64,000 nt of DNA from the IMG/VR virus record IMGVR_UViG_2795385649_000011. One strand, 5' to 3'. The notes under the pieces are model-generated. The model saw only the letters and a program-made list of their open reading frames with translations, had not been told where the DNA came from and did not search any database. Positions 55,732-64,000 of this stretch are shown piece after piece. The number at the start of each line of letters is the position of its first letter. Position 1 is the stretch's first letter. The translations under genes were made by a program, and so were the position numbers. The DNA is from a virus. Taxonomy: Duplodnaviria; Heunggongvirae; Uroviricota; Caudoviricetes.

Positions 55732-56741
55732 GGTTCATCCGGCAGGCAGAGATGGCGGCCTACGACGTATGGGAGAAGCTGCCACCCCGCTTGCAGGGGT
55801 TGGAGACCCGCGTCATCTACATCACCCCGGACGGGTACCGCTACGACCTGCACGGCGGTGTCCTCGCTGGCCGGCAGGGCGTACACCTCGCCGAGGAGAT
55901 CGAGGGCGAGCACCACTGGCCTTTCGAGCTGCTACTCAGCGAGGGCGCCTACGAGCTCGGAACCACGGTCGAGCGCGTCAACATCCTCAAGCGAGAGATC
56001 AACCTCGGGGTGAAGATCGGCGGGAAGGGCATCCCGTTCAACGAGTACCAGTACCGGATGGCCGAATCACGCTGGTGGGCAGGCCAAGACGAAGAACGCG
56101 ACGGGTGGCTCGGTATCTACACCCGGTTCTCCGGCTGGCGCTGGATCAGGGTCCGACCCGCTAAAACCGTAACCGGCTCGGTCAAGCGTGACCCCGTAGC
56201 ATTCGGCAACAACTTCGCTACCTGGAACCTGACATGGCTCGCCCAGAAGCCGTACTACAGCAAGCCCTCGCTGTGGTCTACATGGCAGAACACCCCGGCC
56301 AACGCCGCCCAATATGACGGCAAGGGTGAGGGCACCGTAGCCCTCGCCAACCGGGGCGAGTTGAAGTCCTTCACACAGTTCATCATTCCGCCCGGCAAGG
56401 CATGGGTGGAGGACGGCGACACCGGACGCATGGTGGAGCTCCCACTCATCACACCGCAAGACGGCTACGTGCTCGTGGATACCGACCCCACCCAGCGCAC
56501 GCTCACAGCATCAAATGACCCGGTAGACAACATCTTCTACAAGATCGCCCGCCAGTCCAAGATCCTCGACTTCTTCCTGCACGACCTCGCGGCCAGCGGC
56601 GAACCGGTGTGGAAGCGGTTCGACAAGCGGTTCATGGCGGCCATCGCCCCAAAGACCGTCGCGCACATCCGCGTCAAGCATTCCGACCCCAACGCCAAGA
56701 TCACTGTCCTGCTGCCACAACGCTATAAGAGGTCACGCTAG
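55728..56741 (+). CDS. Minor tail protein (distal tail protein-like)
   Basis: First gene after the tape measure; start GTG 55728 or ATG 55752. Confidence 0.55.
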   Translation: MRFIRQAEMAAYDVWEKLPPRLQGLETRVIYITPDGYRYDLHGGVLAGRQGVHLAEEIEGEHHWPFELLLSEGAYELGTTVERVNILKREINLGVKIGGKGIPFNEYQYRMAESRWWAGQDEERDGWLGIYTRFSGWRWIRVRPAKTVTGSVKRDPVAFGNNFATWNLTWLAQKPYYSKPSLWSTWQNTPANAAQYDGKGEGTVALANRGELKSFTQFIIPPGKAWVEDGDTGRMVELPLITPQDGYVLVDTDPTQRTLTASNDPVDNIFYKIARQSKILDFFLHDLAASGEPVWKRFDKRFMAAIAPKTVAHIRVKHSDPNAKITVLLPQRYKRSR

Positions 56742-58562
56742 ATGAGCAGCCTCCTCGACGGCGTCGATACCGGACTGGTAACGGCGCCGCTGGAGTTCAC
56801 CCGCTGGATGAACGACCAGTTCAAACGGGTCATCGCTGAGAAGGAGAAGCCAGACCCCAGCGACCCCATGTCGCAGTTCCGGTACGTAAAGGGCCGCCGC
56901 GACATCATCGAGGCCTCCGCCCGGCAGCGCCCGATGCTCCGCCTGTTCGACAAGAACATGAAGCCGGTCGCCCAGATCGCGGGCGAGCGGATGGCCTCAG
57001 TGGAGGAGATGTGGTCCGACTCCGGCCAAGCCAATGTTGTTCTCCGGTACGAGAACTGGCTGACCGACTTCATCCTCCACCAGACGAAGATCCACGAAGA
57101 CCTCCACCTGGTCGTGGACCCCAACCCGACAGCGCCAACATGGCGAACCCGATGGGGCGGGAAGATCACCGGGATCAACGCCAAGCGCGACAGCTCCGGC
57201 ATTCACACGCTTGAGCTGGAGGCCATCAGCAACCGGCAGCACGCGAAAAACCTTCTGTTCGCAGCGAATCCGATCTTCCCACCCGAGGTCCAGCTGCCCA
57301 AGATGTGGGTGCTTCCGGGCAACACCCGCACCATCCTCTCCGCCTCCATGTTCATCAACCTGGCGCGACTGTTCTTCCCGCTGCTGTCGATCCCGACCAA
57401 CATCTTCAACCCGTTCTCATGGCTCAACGGCGGACTCACCGGACTGGATCCGCTGTCGTGGCCGCTGCAAGTCGCGTTCGTCAACCCGCTGCTTGACCAA
57501 TCCAGACTCTCCGTCATCGGCTCCGCGTGGACCGACTGGCACTCCGCAATGGACGACATGCTCAAGGACGCGGGCTGCGGATTCCGTGCCTACACATGGC
57601 TGGAAGAGGACGAAGACTCCCCGCACACCGAACTCGTGGACATCGCCCGGGGAACCGTCGCCGAGGACTTCGTAGACCAGGCCACCCGCCCCCACCGGAA
57701 CTGCATCGTCTTCGCCATCGAGGACAAGTCCGGCGTCACCGGCCCGACAGGCACCGCCGTAGACGGCGTCATCAACCTCATCGGCGCCACGTTGGACGAC
57801 ATGATCACGGAGACGCTGATCAACCTGGACGAGAACCAGGACGGCGAGACAGATCCTCTGTTCCGCAAGCTCTTTGGCGTCGCACCGGAGAAGCCAAAGA
57901 CCATCTGGTACGACGGCCAATTCAGCGGGATCATCGAGTCCGAGCGAAGACAGCACAAGGGGCCGGTCAAGACGATCATGACGGGCTCGCGGTCGCCTGC
58001 GATCGTCAACCAAGCCCAGACGTTTGCTATCCGATATGCGCTATCGCAACTAGCCCAGACCATCGCGTTCTACGGCCAAGCTCAAGGCACAGAAGGCTTG
58101 GACAACCTGTACCAAGGCCAGCTGGACAATACGTTGCTGGCGTGGATGCGGTTCACCGATCCAACTCGAGCTTTATGGGCCGGTGACATGGCCTGGCAGG
58201 AGCATTTCGAGAAGGGCGGCGGCACCGCCTACACCCTCTCCGGTGTCGTGACGCTCCGCGTAGGCCACTACAAAACCCGTGCCTGGCAAGGCTTCACGGT
58301 CAAGGTGGTCAATGGACGACCCCACGCCATCGACGTAGACGTTGGGCTCGGTGACCGGGCCGGGTTCGAGCAGCACGGAATCATCTTCACGGACCAGATC
58401 ACCGCGATAAAGCGGACATGGTCCCGCCAAGACCCGGTAACTGTGTCCCTCGCGATCGGCGACGACAACGACAAAGAAGACCCCGCAGCGCGGGGTCTTC
58501 GTGCGTTGCAGGCCGTTTGGACAACCCTGTCCCACTTCCTCGGCGAAGGGACCATCTTTTGA
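56742..58562 (+). CDS. Minor tail protein (tail-associated, Tal-like)
   Basis: 606 aa following the Dit-like gene. Confidence 0.55.
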   Translation: MSSLLDGVDTGLVTAPLEFTRWMNDQFKRVIAEKEKPDPSDPMSQFRYVKGRRDIIEASARQRPMLRLFDKNMKPVAQIAGERMASVEEMWSDSGQANVVLRYENWLTDFILHQTKIHEDLHLVVDPNPTAPTWRTRWGGKITGINAKRDSSGIHTLELEAISNRQHAKNLLFAANPIFPPEVQLPKMWVLPGNTRTILSASMFINLARLFFPLLSIPTNIFNPFSWLNGGLTGLDPLSWPLQVAFVNPLLDQSRLSVIGSAWTDWHSAMDDMLKDAGCGFRAYTWLEEDEDSPHTELVDIARGTVAEDFVDQATRPHRNCIVFAIEDKSGVTGPTGTAVDGVINLIGATLDDMITETLINLDENQDGETDPLFRKLFGVAPEKPKTIWYDGQFSGIIESERRQHKGPVKTIMTGSRSPAIVNQAQTFAIRYALSQLAQTIAFYGQAQGTEGLDNLYQGQLDNTLLAWMRFTDPTRALWAGDMAWQEHFEKGGGTAYTLSGVVTLRVGHYKTRAWQGFTVKVVNGRPHAIDVDVGLGDRAGFEQHGIIFTDQITAIKRTWSRQDPVTVSLAIGDDNDKEDPAARGLRALQAVWTTLSHFLGEGTIF

Positions 58563-59146
58563 CCGATCAGCACACCCTCCAAATGTCCGCCCGCGACCAA
58601 GCTGTCTGCGCGGAAGCCGACGAATGCGAGGCATGGGATATCCCGGCGGACATACAGATTGGTCTCGACGCCGGGCTCGACTTGGAGAAGGCGCAGCGAG
58701 TCGCGGCGATGCGCGATATTCAGCGCGCCTACCTGGAGCTGTTGGAGGTCATGGAGTACCCGGTCGATCAGAACGGCCGGACTCACGACCTGAACATTCT
58801 CATGGCCGGCAGCGACGACCAGGTGACCCAGTCCACGCCGATGGCTATCGCGTGGACCGCTGCCCTGTACGGCTTCCGGCGTTCCGCTGATCCGCTCATC
58901 AAAAAGCGCCGGTTCACCAATCTGGAGGGCGTCTACCCGAACGCCTGCACCTGGGTGGACGTGAAGGCGCCCGATGACGCCGAACGCGACCTCCAGCCAG
59001 GCGATTACAGCGCAGACCGGCTCCGGCCGCCGGACGTGCGCGGCCTCGCGGCCCGCCGCGACGGAGAAGGCCCAATGGTGATGTCCCAGTGGCACACAAA
59101 GGCCGAGGTCCGCTACACCGACGAACCCCGACCCGAGGAGAGCTGA
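58559..59146 (+). CDS. Minor tail protein
   Basis: TTG overlapping the upstream TGA; 195 aa. Confidence 0.45.
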   Translation: MTDQHTLQMSARDQAVCAEADECEAWDIPADIQIGLDAGLDLEKAQRVAAMRDIQRAYLELLEVMEYPVDQNGRTHDLNILMAGSDDQVTQSTPMAIAWTAALYGFRRSADPLIKKRRFTNLEGVYPNACTWVDVKAPDDAERDLQPGDYSADRLRPPDVRGLAARRDGEGPMVMSQWHTKAEVRYTDEPRPEES

Positions 59147-60552
59147 TGTCAGCACCCGTGATTCAGCCGCTTGGCCTGATGCAGTACCTCAAGTCGCTCA
59201 CCACCACGACGCACATCTATGCCGTGGTCGGGGACGGGGAAACCCCGGACGGGCATGTCGCGACGATGGAGATTGCGGGCGACCAAGCAACACTGGTCAT
59301 CCCGGCGCTCGTCGGACCGCAAGGCCCTGCCGGTGAGCACGCTTTCGCCTTGCGGCTGCAGGTTTCCACCATTGACGACCCCGAAGACCTGCCCACCAAC
59401 CTGACGAACACCGATGACGACATCGGCAAGTACTGGGTCATCAACCAGTACGACGTTGTCAACGAGGTCCAAACCGTCACCGTTACCGGCGGCCCAACGT
59501 CATTCATCCTGAACTACGACGGGCTACCCACGGCTTCTATCGCGGGAGGCGCTACCTCCGCCGCTGTGCAAGCCGCTCTTGAAGCGCTCGCCAACATCGC
59601 GCCCGGCGATGTCGCTGTGGCCGGTGTCGCGGGCGGACCCTACGCGGTGACCTTCACCGGCACGAAGGCTGGACTCAACCAGCCGCCCATCACCGGTGCC
59701 GCGACCGGCGGCACCTCCCCAGCGGTGAATGTGGTCACCAACCAGCAGGGCGGCACCAACCTCATCGGCTCCCGCGCCTATGTGTGGTTCGGGGATCACT
59801 ACCGCGTCATCATGATGGGCACCGAAGGCCCGCCGGGGCCGGTCCCGCTCATCACCTGGGGTGTAGAGCTTCTGGACCCGGACGGCGGCGTCGAGTCCTA
59901 CATGTCGCAGTCGGGCAGCCCCTACGCTCCATCGGTCATCGCGCACCTGGCAGTACCGCGCGGCCCGCAGGGTTCCGCCGGCAATCTGTCGCAGTCCCCG
60001 GATGTGGACATGTCCACCCCGCCTTCGCATCTCCAGGTGCTCGCGTTCGACGCGAACATTCTGCCCGGCGGCAAGTGGCGACCGATGTCCATCGGCGCGA
60101 TCATCCCCCGGCCCTACACGGTGCCCGAGGCGGCGTTCACGAACTACCAGGGCATCTCCACCCGCGCTCCCATCGGATCGTTCGCGGTACCGGCCCAGCC
60201 GTTCCCGTGGAAGCCAATCGTGTTTGGGCACATCAAGGCCACCGGCCTGGAGCTGGACTCCGATCCGCTGATCATCGGCTGCGAGATCAGGCTCGGCCAC
60301 CCCACCTCCGGCCAGCTGATTGCCCGCGGATTCGGAAACACGGCCTCCTGGGCGCACATGATGCCCCACGCCTCCAGCACTGCCGATCCAACCATCGCGA
60401 TCACCCCGGACAACTCGTACGCGCTGGTCCCCGCGAACCACACTGGGGTACAAGGCACTCTGTACGTCAACCTGTACAACGACGGCCTCGCTGGGGCGTA
60501 CCAGTTCAACAAGGCGAACGCCCAGCTGTACGTCCAGGTGACGCCGGTCTAA
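59146..60552 (+). CDS. Tail fibre protein with collagen-like Gly-X-Y segments
   Basis: VGPQGPAGEH, EGPPGPVP and RGPQGSAGN collagen-like triplets. Confidence 0.55.
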   Translation: MSAPVIQPLGLMQYLKSLTTTTHIYAVVGDGETPDGHVATMEIAGDQATLVIPALVGPQGPAGEHAFALRLQVSTIDDPEDLPTNLTNTDDDIGKYWVINQYDVVNEVQTVTVTGGPTSFILNYDGLPTASIAGGATSAAVQAALEALANIAPGDVAVAGVAGGPYAVTFTGTKAGLNQPPITGAATGGTSPAVNVVTNQQGGTNLIGSRAYVWFGDHYRVIMMGTEGPPGPVPLITWGVELLDPDGGVESYMSQSGSPYAPSVIAHLAVPRGPQGSAGNLSQSPDVDMSTPPSHLQVLAFDANILPGGKWRPMSIGAIIPRPYTVPEAAFTNYQGISTRAPIGSFAVPAQPFPWKPIVFGHIKATGLELDSDPLIIGCEIRLGHPTSGQLIARGFGNTASWAHMMPHASSTADPTIAITPDNSYALVPANHTGVQGTLYVNLYNDGLAGAYQFNKANAQLYVQVTPV

Positions 60553-63089
60553 TGCCCCGCGCGGTCGATCTAGTCCCACAGGGATTCAAGGCCGACTACG
60601 ACCCCACCAATCAGCTTGCGCAGGACCCAGCGTCAGTGTTGGGCAAGAACGTCAAGGATGTCGGCAAGGCCATCGCGCAGCTCAACGAGAAGGTCCAGGC
60701 CGAACTCAAACGGCTCATCGACACCCTCCTCGGCATCGCGGCCAACCCGATACCGGAGATCGTGGGCTGGCTGGAGGACTTCCAGAACTCCCTCTCGAAC
60801 GTGCTGTCGTGGATCAAGCCGGGCCTCCTGCCGCTGATTCCGCTGTCACAGATCGGGGAGTGGTTCCCGAACCTCATCCTCAACGGCGGGTTCGATGACG
60901 CGAAAACCCTTCAAGACAACCCCGATTGGTCCTGGGACGGCACGGTAGGACGCTCCGGGCCGCTCGGCTCAGTGAAGGCCGTCGTCTCCGGCGTCATGAA
61001 GATCCTGCACTCCAACGACATCCCGGTAGTCGCGGGGCAGAAGATGACGCTGGAGTCGTGGGCGCAGTGGTCCAGCTTCTCCGCGCCAGCCGGAACCAAC
61101 CCGATACGGCTCATCGCCTCGCACTACCTGAACGGCGCCCCGGTGATGTCCGGCGGACAACCCGTCCGAACCGTCATAGCCTCGTTCCAGCCGTCCACCG
61201 CCGACTCAACTACTTGGGAACACCTCACCGGCTCCTTCCCGGTACCAGCAGGTGTGGACGCCATCAGGGTCAGCCTCCAGGTAACAGCAGACGCCACAGC
61301 CGGTCTCGTCTGGTTCGATGACGCGAACGCCATCAAGGTCGGCAAGCTACCGCTGGACTACGTGCAAGACCTCGTCGGGCAACTCCAGCAGTTCACCGAC
61401 GACATCGGTGAGGCATTCACCCAGCTTGCCGAAAAGGTTGGCCTCGACCGCTTCAAGGAGTTCTTCGACACCGTCGCCGGACAGGTCAACGCCGAAATCG
61501 GCGACGTCCAAAACCGCCTCACGGCCATCACCGCCGACGGCAAGATCGATGCCGCAGAGATCCTGGGCTTGCTCGGCCTGGGCAACATTCCACTCCTCCC
61601 GCAGACCAAGGTCACGGACCTACCCGACCTCAACGCCCAGCTGAACCAGATACGGGACATCTTCGCAGGGCTTGTCGTCACACCTATCAACTCGACCATC
61701 CAGGCCGTCAAGGACTGGTTCGGGCTGAGTAACAACAAGACTCAGAAGCTCACCAGCGGCGGAACACTGAACGCAGGCGACGTCGTAGGCAATTTCGACA
61801 TGAGCCGGGTCAACGATCTGGTCAGCAACCTCGGCAACATGCTTACCGGGGTCAAGACGGGCGCCGACGGAACAACCACCGGCACAACGGGAACCATCGC
61901 CGATCAGATCAACCAGGCCAAGGACTCCCTACTGTCCCTCCTCGGCCTGTCGCAGGACGCGCTCAAAAGCGCTATCGCGGCCCAGACCACGTTGCAGGAA
62001 CAGGAGACCGAGCAGAACACCGGTGGCGGCAACAGCTACAGCTTCGTGTTCTCCGGCGCTGACGGCTCCGCCCTGAATTCGACTGATTGGACCACCGGGC
62101 CGACCGCTGGCGACATCACCATCCGCGGGGACTCCGGTTATGCGGGGGTCAAGAACGGCAACCCTGACGGGTACTTCTTCGCCAGCCCCAACTACACCTA
62201 CGCCACCGACGGCCAATCAGCCTCTTTTGTGCTGGGCGACACCCAGAACGGCAACTACTACTCGGGCGTCTACATCCGATGCGACTCGGGCCGCACACAG
62301 GGCGCCTATTGCCTCGCCAAAGAGGGCGAGATCCGTATCGGCAAGTTCACCCGCTCAGGTAGCAGCTGGTCGTTCAACACGCCGCTGACACTGCAAACCG
62401 GGCTCTCAGCGGTCAAGCAGGGCGCGCGCATCGAGATCCGCTGCTCAGGCACCAACTACTTCGTGCGCGTCAACGGCCGCCAAATCCTCTCCGCCACCGA
62501 CGCGGGCAACACGATCAACATCGGTGCCGCGTACCGGTATTCGATGTTCAGCGTGCAGCGGGCAAGCCCGTTTTTCACCTACGACTCCTACCGCATCGCC
62601 GCGTTCGCGATGTCCGACTACACCTCAGCGGGAGCGGGATTCTCGATGTCGAATTCATGGAGCATCAGACGCGACAGCACCGCCGACGTCACCTATGGCC
62701 CCTATTCTTCCGGGGCGTTCCCGTCGGGGTTCTTCACATTCAACGACTACACCACCGACGTCACTCTCGACGACTTAGGAACGGCACGTATCGAGATCGC
62801 CACCACCGGCTTGTACCGCATCAGCACGACGTACCGATCGGTCACCGCCAAGGGCACGTCTGTGCCCTATTGGGTGGTGTACAAGAACGGCACCCGCATC
62901 ACCGGGGCCATTCCCTCAGGTTGCCCTTTCGAGATCCCGCTGGTGGCGGGAGATGTGGTGCAGCCGGGATTTATCGCGGTCGACTACGACGTACGGTCCA
63001 ACGGCTCGACCGGCTCGGAAACCGTTGTGTCACGAAGCATCACAGCCCTGTCCGGCATCGCCACATTCGATGGCCGCCGTATCGCATAA
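60552..63089 (+). CDS. Large minor tail protein, probable receptor-binding / tail spike
   Basis: ATG 60552 (TAATG overlap) in frame with the 1101-aa track ORF, whose first 256 codons overlap the previous gene in another frame. 845 aa, Gly/Thr/Ser-rich. Confidence 0.6.
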   Translation: MPRAVDLVPQGFKADYDPTNQLAQDPASVLGKNVKDVGKAIAQLNEKVQAELKRLIDTLLGIAANPIPEIVGWLEDFQNSLSNVLSWIKPGLLPLIPLSQIGEWFPNLILNGGFDDAKTLQDNPDWSWDGTVGRSGPLGSVKAVVSGVMKILHSNDIPVVAGQKMTLESWAQWSSFSAPAGTNPIRLIASHYLNGAPVMSGGQPVRTVIASFQPSTADSTTWEHLTGSFPVPAGVDAIRVSLQVTADATAGLVWFDDANAIKVGKLPLDYVQDLVGQLQQFTDDIGEAFTQLAEKVGLDRFKEFFDTVAGQVNAEIGDVQNRLTAITADGKIDAAEILGLLGLGNIPLLPQTKVTDLPDLNAQLNQIRDIFAGLVVTPINSTIQAVKDWFGLSNNKTQKLTSGGTLNAGDVVGNFDMSRVNDLVSNLGNMLTGVKTGADGTTTGTTGTIADQINQAKDSLLSLLGLSQDALKSAIAAQTTLQEQETEQNTGGGNSYSFVFSGADGSALNSTDWTTGPTAGDITIRGDSGYAGVKNGNPDGYFFASPNYTYATDGQSASFVLGDTQNGNYYSGVYIRCDSGRTQGAYCLAKEGEIRIGKFTRSGSSWSFNTPLTLQTGLSAVKQGARIEIRCSGTNYFVRVNGRQILSATDAGNTINIGAAYRYSMFSVQRASPFFTYDSYRIAAFAMSDYTSAGAGFSMSNSWSIRRDSTADVTYGPYSSGAFPSGFFTFNDYTTDVTLDDLGTARIEIATTGLYRISTTYRSVTAKGTSVPYWVVYKNGTRITGAIPSGCPFEIPLVAGDVVQPGFIAVDYDVRSNGSTGSETVVSRSITALSGIATFDGRRIA

Positions 63090-63111
63090 CGACCCGAGAG
63101 AGGCATCAGCG

Positions 63112-63273
63112 ATGACCACGTTCACCATGCCCGAACTACCCGGCATCACCTTCACCGCCGAGCGCGGCGGCCTGGACCCAGACGGGAAGCTCAACCCGTC
63201 CTGGATTCAGATCACCGGCACCAACGACGCAGACGGTCAGATGGTCTCCTGCATCGGATTCGCCGGTCCGTAG
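63112..63273 (+). CDS. Small hypothetical tail-region protein
   Basis: ATG 63112 in frame with track ORF 62953..63273; 53 aa. Confidence 0.35.
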   Translation: MTTFTMPELPGITFTAERGGLDPDGKLNPSWIQITGTNDADGQMVSCIGFAGP

Positions 63274-64000
63274 ATGAGTTGGACCACCAACCCGCAACCG
63301 GAAACTACGGAGCCGCAGCTGGGTTGGTGGAAAGAACCCCCACCGTCTGAACCACCAGAGGCGGTCACGGGCTGGTTCTGGATACCAGATCGGACCGTGG
63401 CCCTGCACGCTGAGGGCACCATGGCCGCCGAGGTCGCACAGGTGTACACCGTCGGTGCCGACATGGCGGGTGCAGGCACGCTCGCCGCCGCGGTATCCCA
63501 GATATACGACCGGGCAGCGGAATTCAGGGGAGCTGGCGCACTAGCCGCCGATGTCCGGCAGCTGTACCAGCGCGCAGCGGCCATGGCCGGTACCGGCAAC
63601 ATGTCGGTAGATGCGCGAGTCCGCCTGGACCGTCTAGCCCAACTTGCCGGTGCAGGCACACTGTCGGCGCAACTGCTCCAACAGTTCACCCGGCCCGCAG
63701 CCTTTGGCGGCGCGGGCACGCTGGCGGCGCAGGTGGCCCAGGCGTACGCGCTGGGCGCGGCCCTTGCCGGTGCAGGCACACTGGCCGTCCAGGTAGCCCA
63801 GAAGTACCAACTAGGTGCGGCATTCGCCGCAACCGGCAGCCTCCAGTGCGGGGCGGCGTTCCCGGCGATGTCCCCGGTACGCACCGACATCACGGCCACC
63901 GGGTCCTACACCTACAACATCCCGTACTGGTGCCGCTACATCGACTACGCGTACCTGCCCGGTGGAGGCGGCGGTGGCGGCGCCCAATTCTCCTTCACCC
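63274..64000 (+). CDS. Minor tail protein with about 7 tandem GAGTLAA..V.Q.Y..AA repeats, 3'-truncated by the window end
   Basis: Open plus-strand frame from ATG 63274 to the window end, checked by hand translation. Repeats of the form AGAGTLAAAVSQIY.RAAEF / GAGALAADVRQLYQRAAAM; absent from the ORF track because it has no stop. Confidence 0.55.
   Translation, partial: MSWTTNPQPETTEPQLGWWKEPPPSEPPEAVTGWFWIPDRTVALHAEGTMAAEVAQVYTVGADMAGAGTLAAAVSQIYDRAAEFRGAGALAADVRQLYQRAAAMAGTGNMSVDARVRLDRLAQLAGAGTLSAQLLQQFTRPAAFGGAGTLAAQVAQAYALGAALAGAGTLAVQVAQKYQLGAAFAATGSLQCGAAFPAMSPVRTDITATGSYTYNIPYWCRYIDYAYLPGGGGGGGAQFSFT

Noticed and set aside
59784-60551. N-terminal 256 codons of the 1101-aa track ORF
   Set aside because: This part overlaps the preceding tail fibre gene in another frame and is Arg/Pro/His-rich junk. 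The real start is ATG 60552 with a TAATG overlap.
63237-63899. 220-aa minus-strand ORF
   Set aside because: Antisense to the repeat-rich plus-strand tail gene, which follows the gene order and has a start codon right after the previous stop.
1-64000. CRISPR arrays, rRNA, integrase/recombinase and lysis cassette
   Set aside because: No regular spacer-repeat structure is present. No Tyr- or Ser-recombinase-like ORF and no holin/endolysin pair appears in the window. They are presumably outside it.

Overview
High-GC (~65%) actinobacterial sequence, Mycobacterium-like. A short piece of host chromosome is followed by most of a siphovirus-type prophage. The host part is a class I/II aminotransferase gene on the minus strand, then tRNA-Ser(GCT) and tRNA-Arg(ACG). 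The prophage appears to begin at the 3' end of tRNA-Arg. Its genes run in order: a divergent XRE-repressor / Cro-like switch with TGTGAGTTAC-type operator repeats; a long plus-strand early region (ParB-like nuclease, DnaQ-like exonuclease, HNH endonuclease, RecE/RecT-like recombination pair, SPFH protein, Gp37/Gp68, metallophosphoesterase, PD-(D/E)XK nuclease, DUF4031, an initiator-like gene with internal iteron-like repeats, a J-domain protein, DUF4326, an excisionase-like HTH protein); a frameshifted toxin-like gene with a downstream immunity-like gene; then the virion module (P-loop ATPase-HNH fusion, ParB-like gene preceded by AGCTAACA repeats, terminase small and large subunits, portal, HK97-type protease and capsid, major tail protein, G/GT chaperone with a -1 frameshift, tape measure with M23 and Rpf-like motifs, minor tail and fibre proteins, and a partial repeat-rich tail gene at the window end). 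The most striking element is a ~900 bp non-coding block at 26.4-27.3 kb. It looked at first like broken tRNA genes but resolves into five tandem Ro60-associated YrlA-like Y RNA genes. Each is a long terminal stem enclosing a circularly permuted tRNA-like module (T-arm, loop-closed acceptor-like stem, D-arm); the fifth copy is a bare stem. They sit directly upstream of an Rsr/Ro60 gene (TROVE + vWA) and near a Pol-beta-type nucleotidyltransferase. A second notable cluster, just upstream of the terminase, is a 2OG-Fe(II) dioxygenase with TET/JBP-like motif spacing, a GT-A glycosyltransferase, a ParB-like protein and a P-loop ATPase-HNH fusion, which suggests phage DNA base hypermodification. No integrase, lysis cassette, CRISPR array or rRNA is seen in this window. 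Coordinates for RNA elements and hand-adjusted starts may be off by a base or two.
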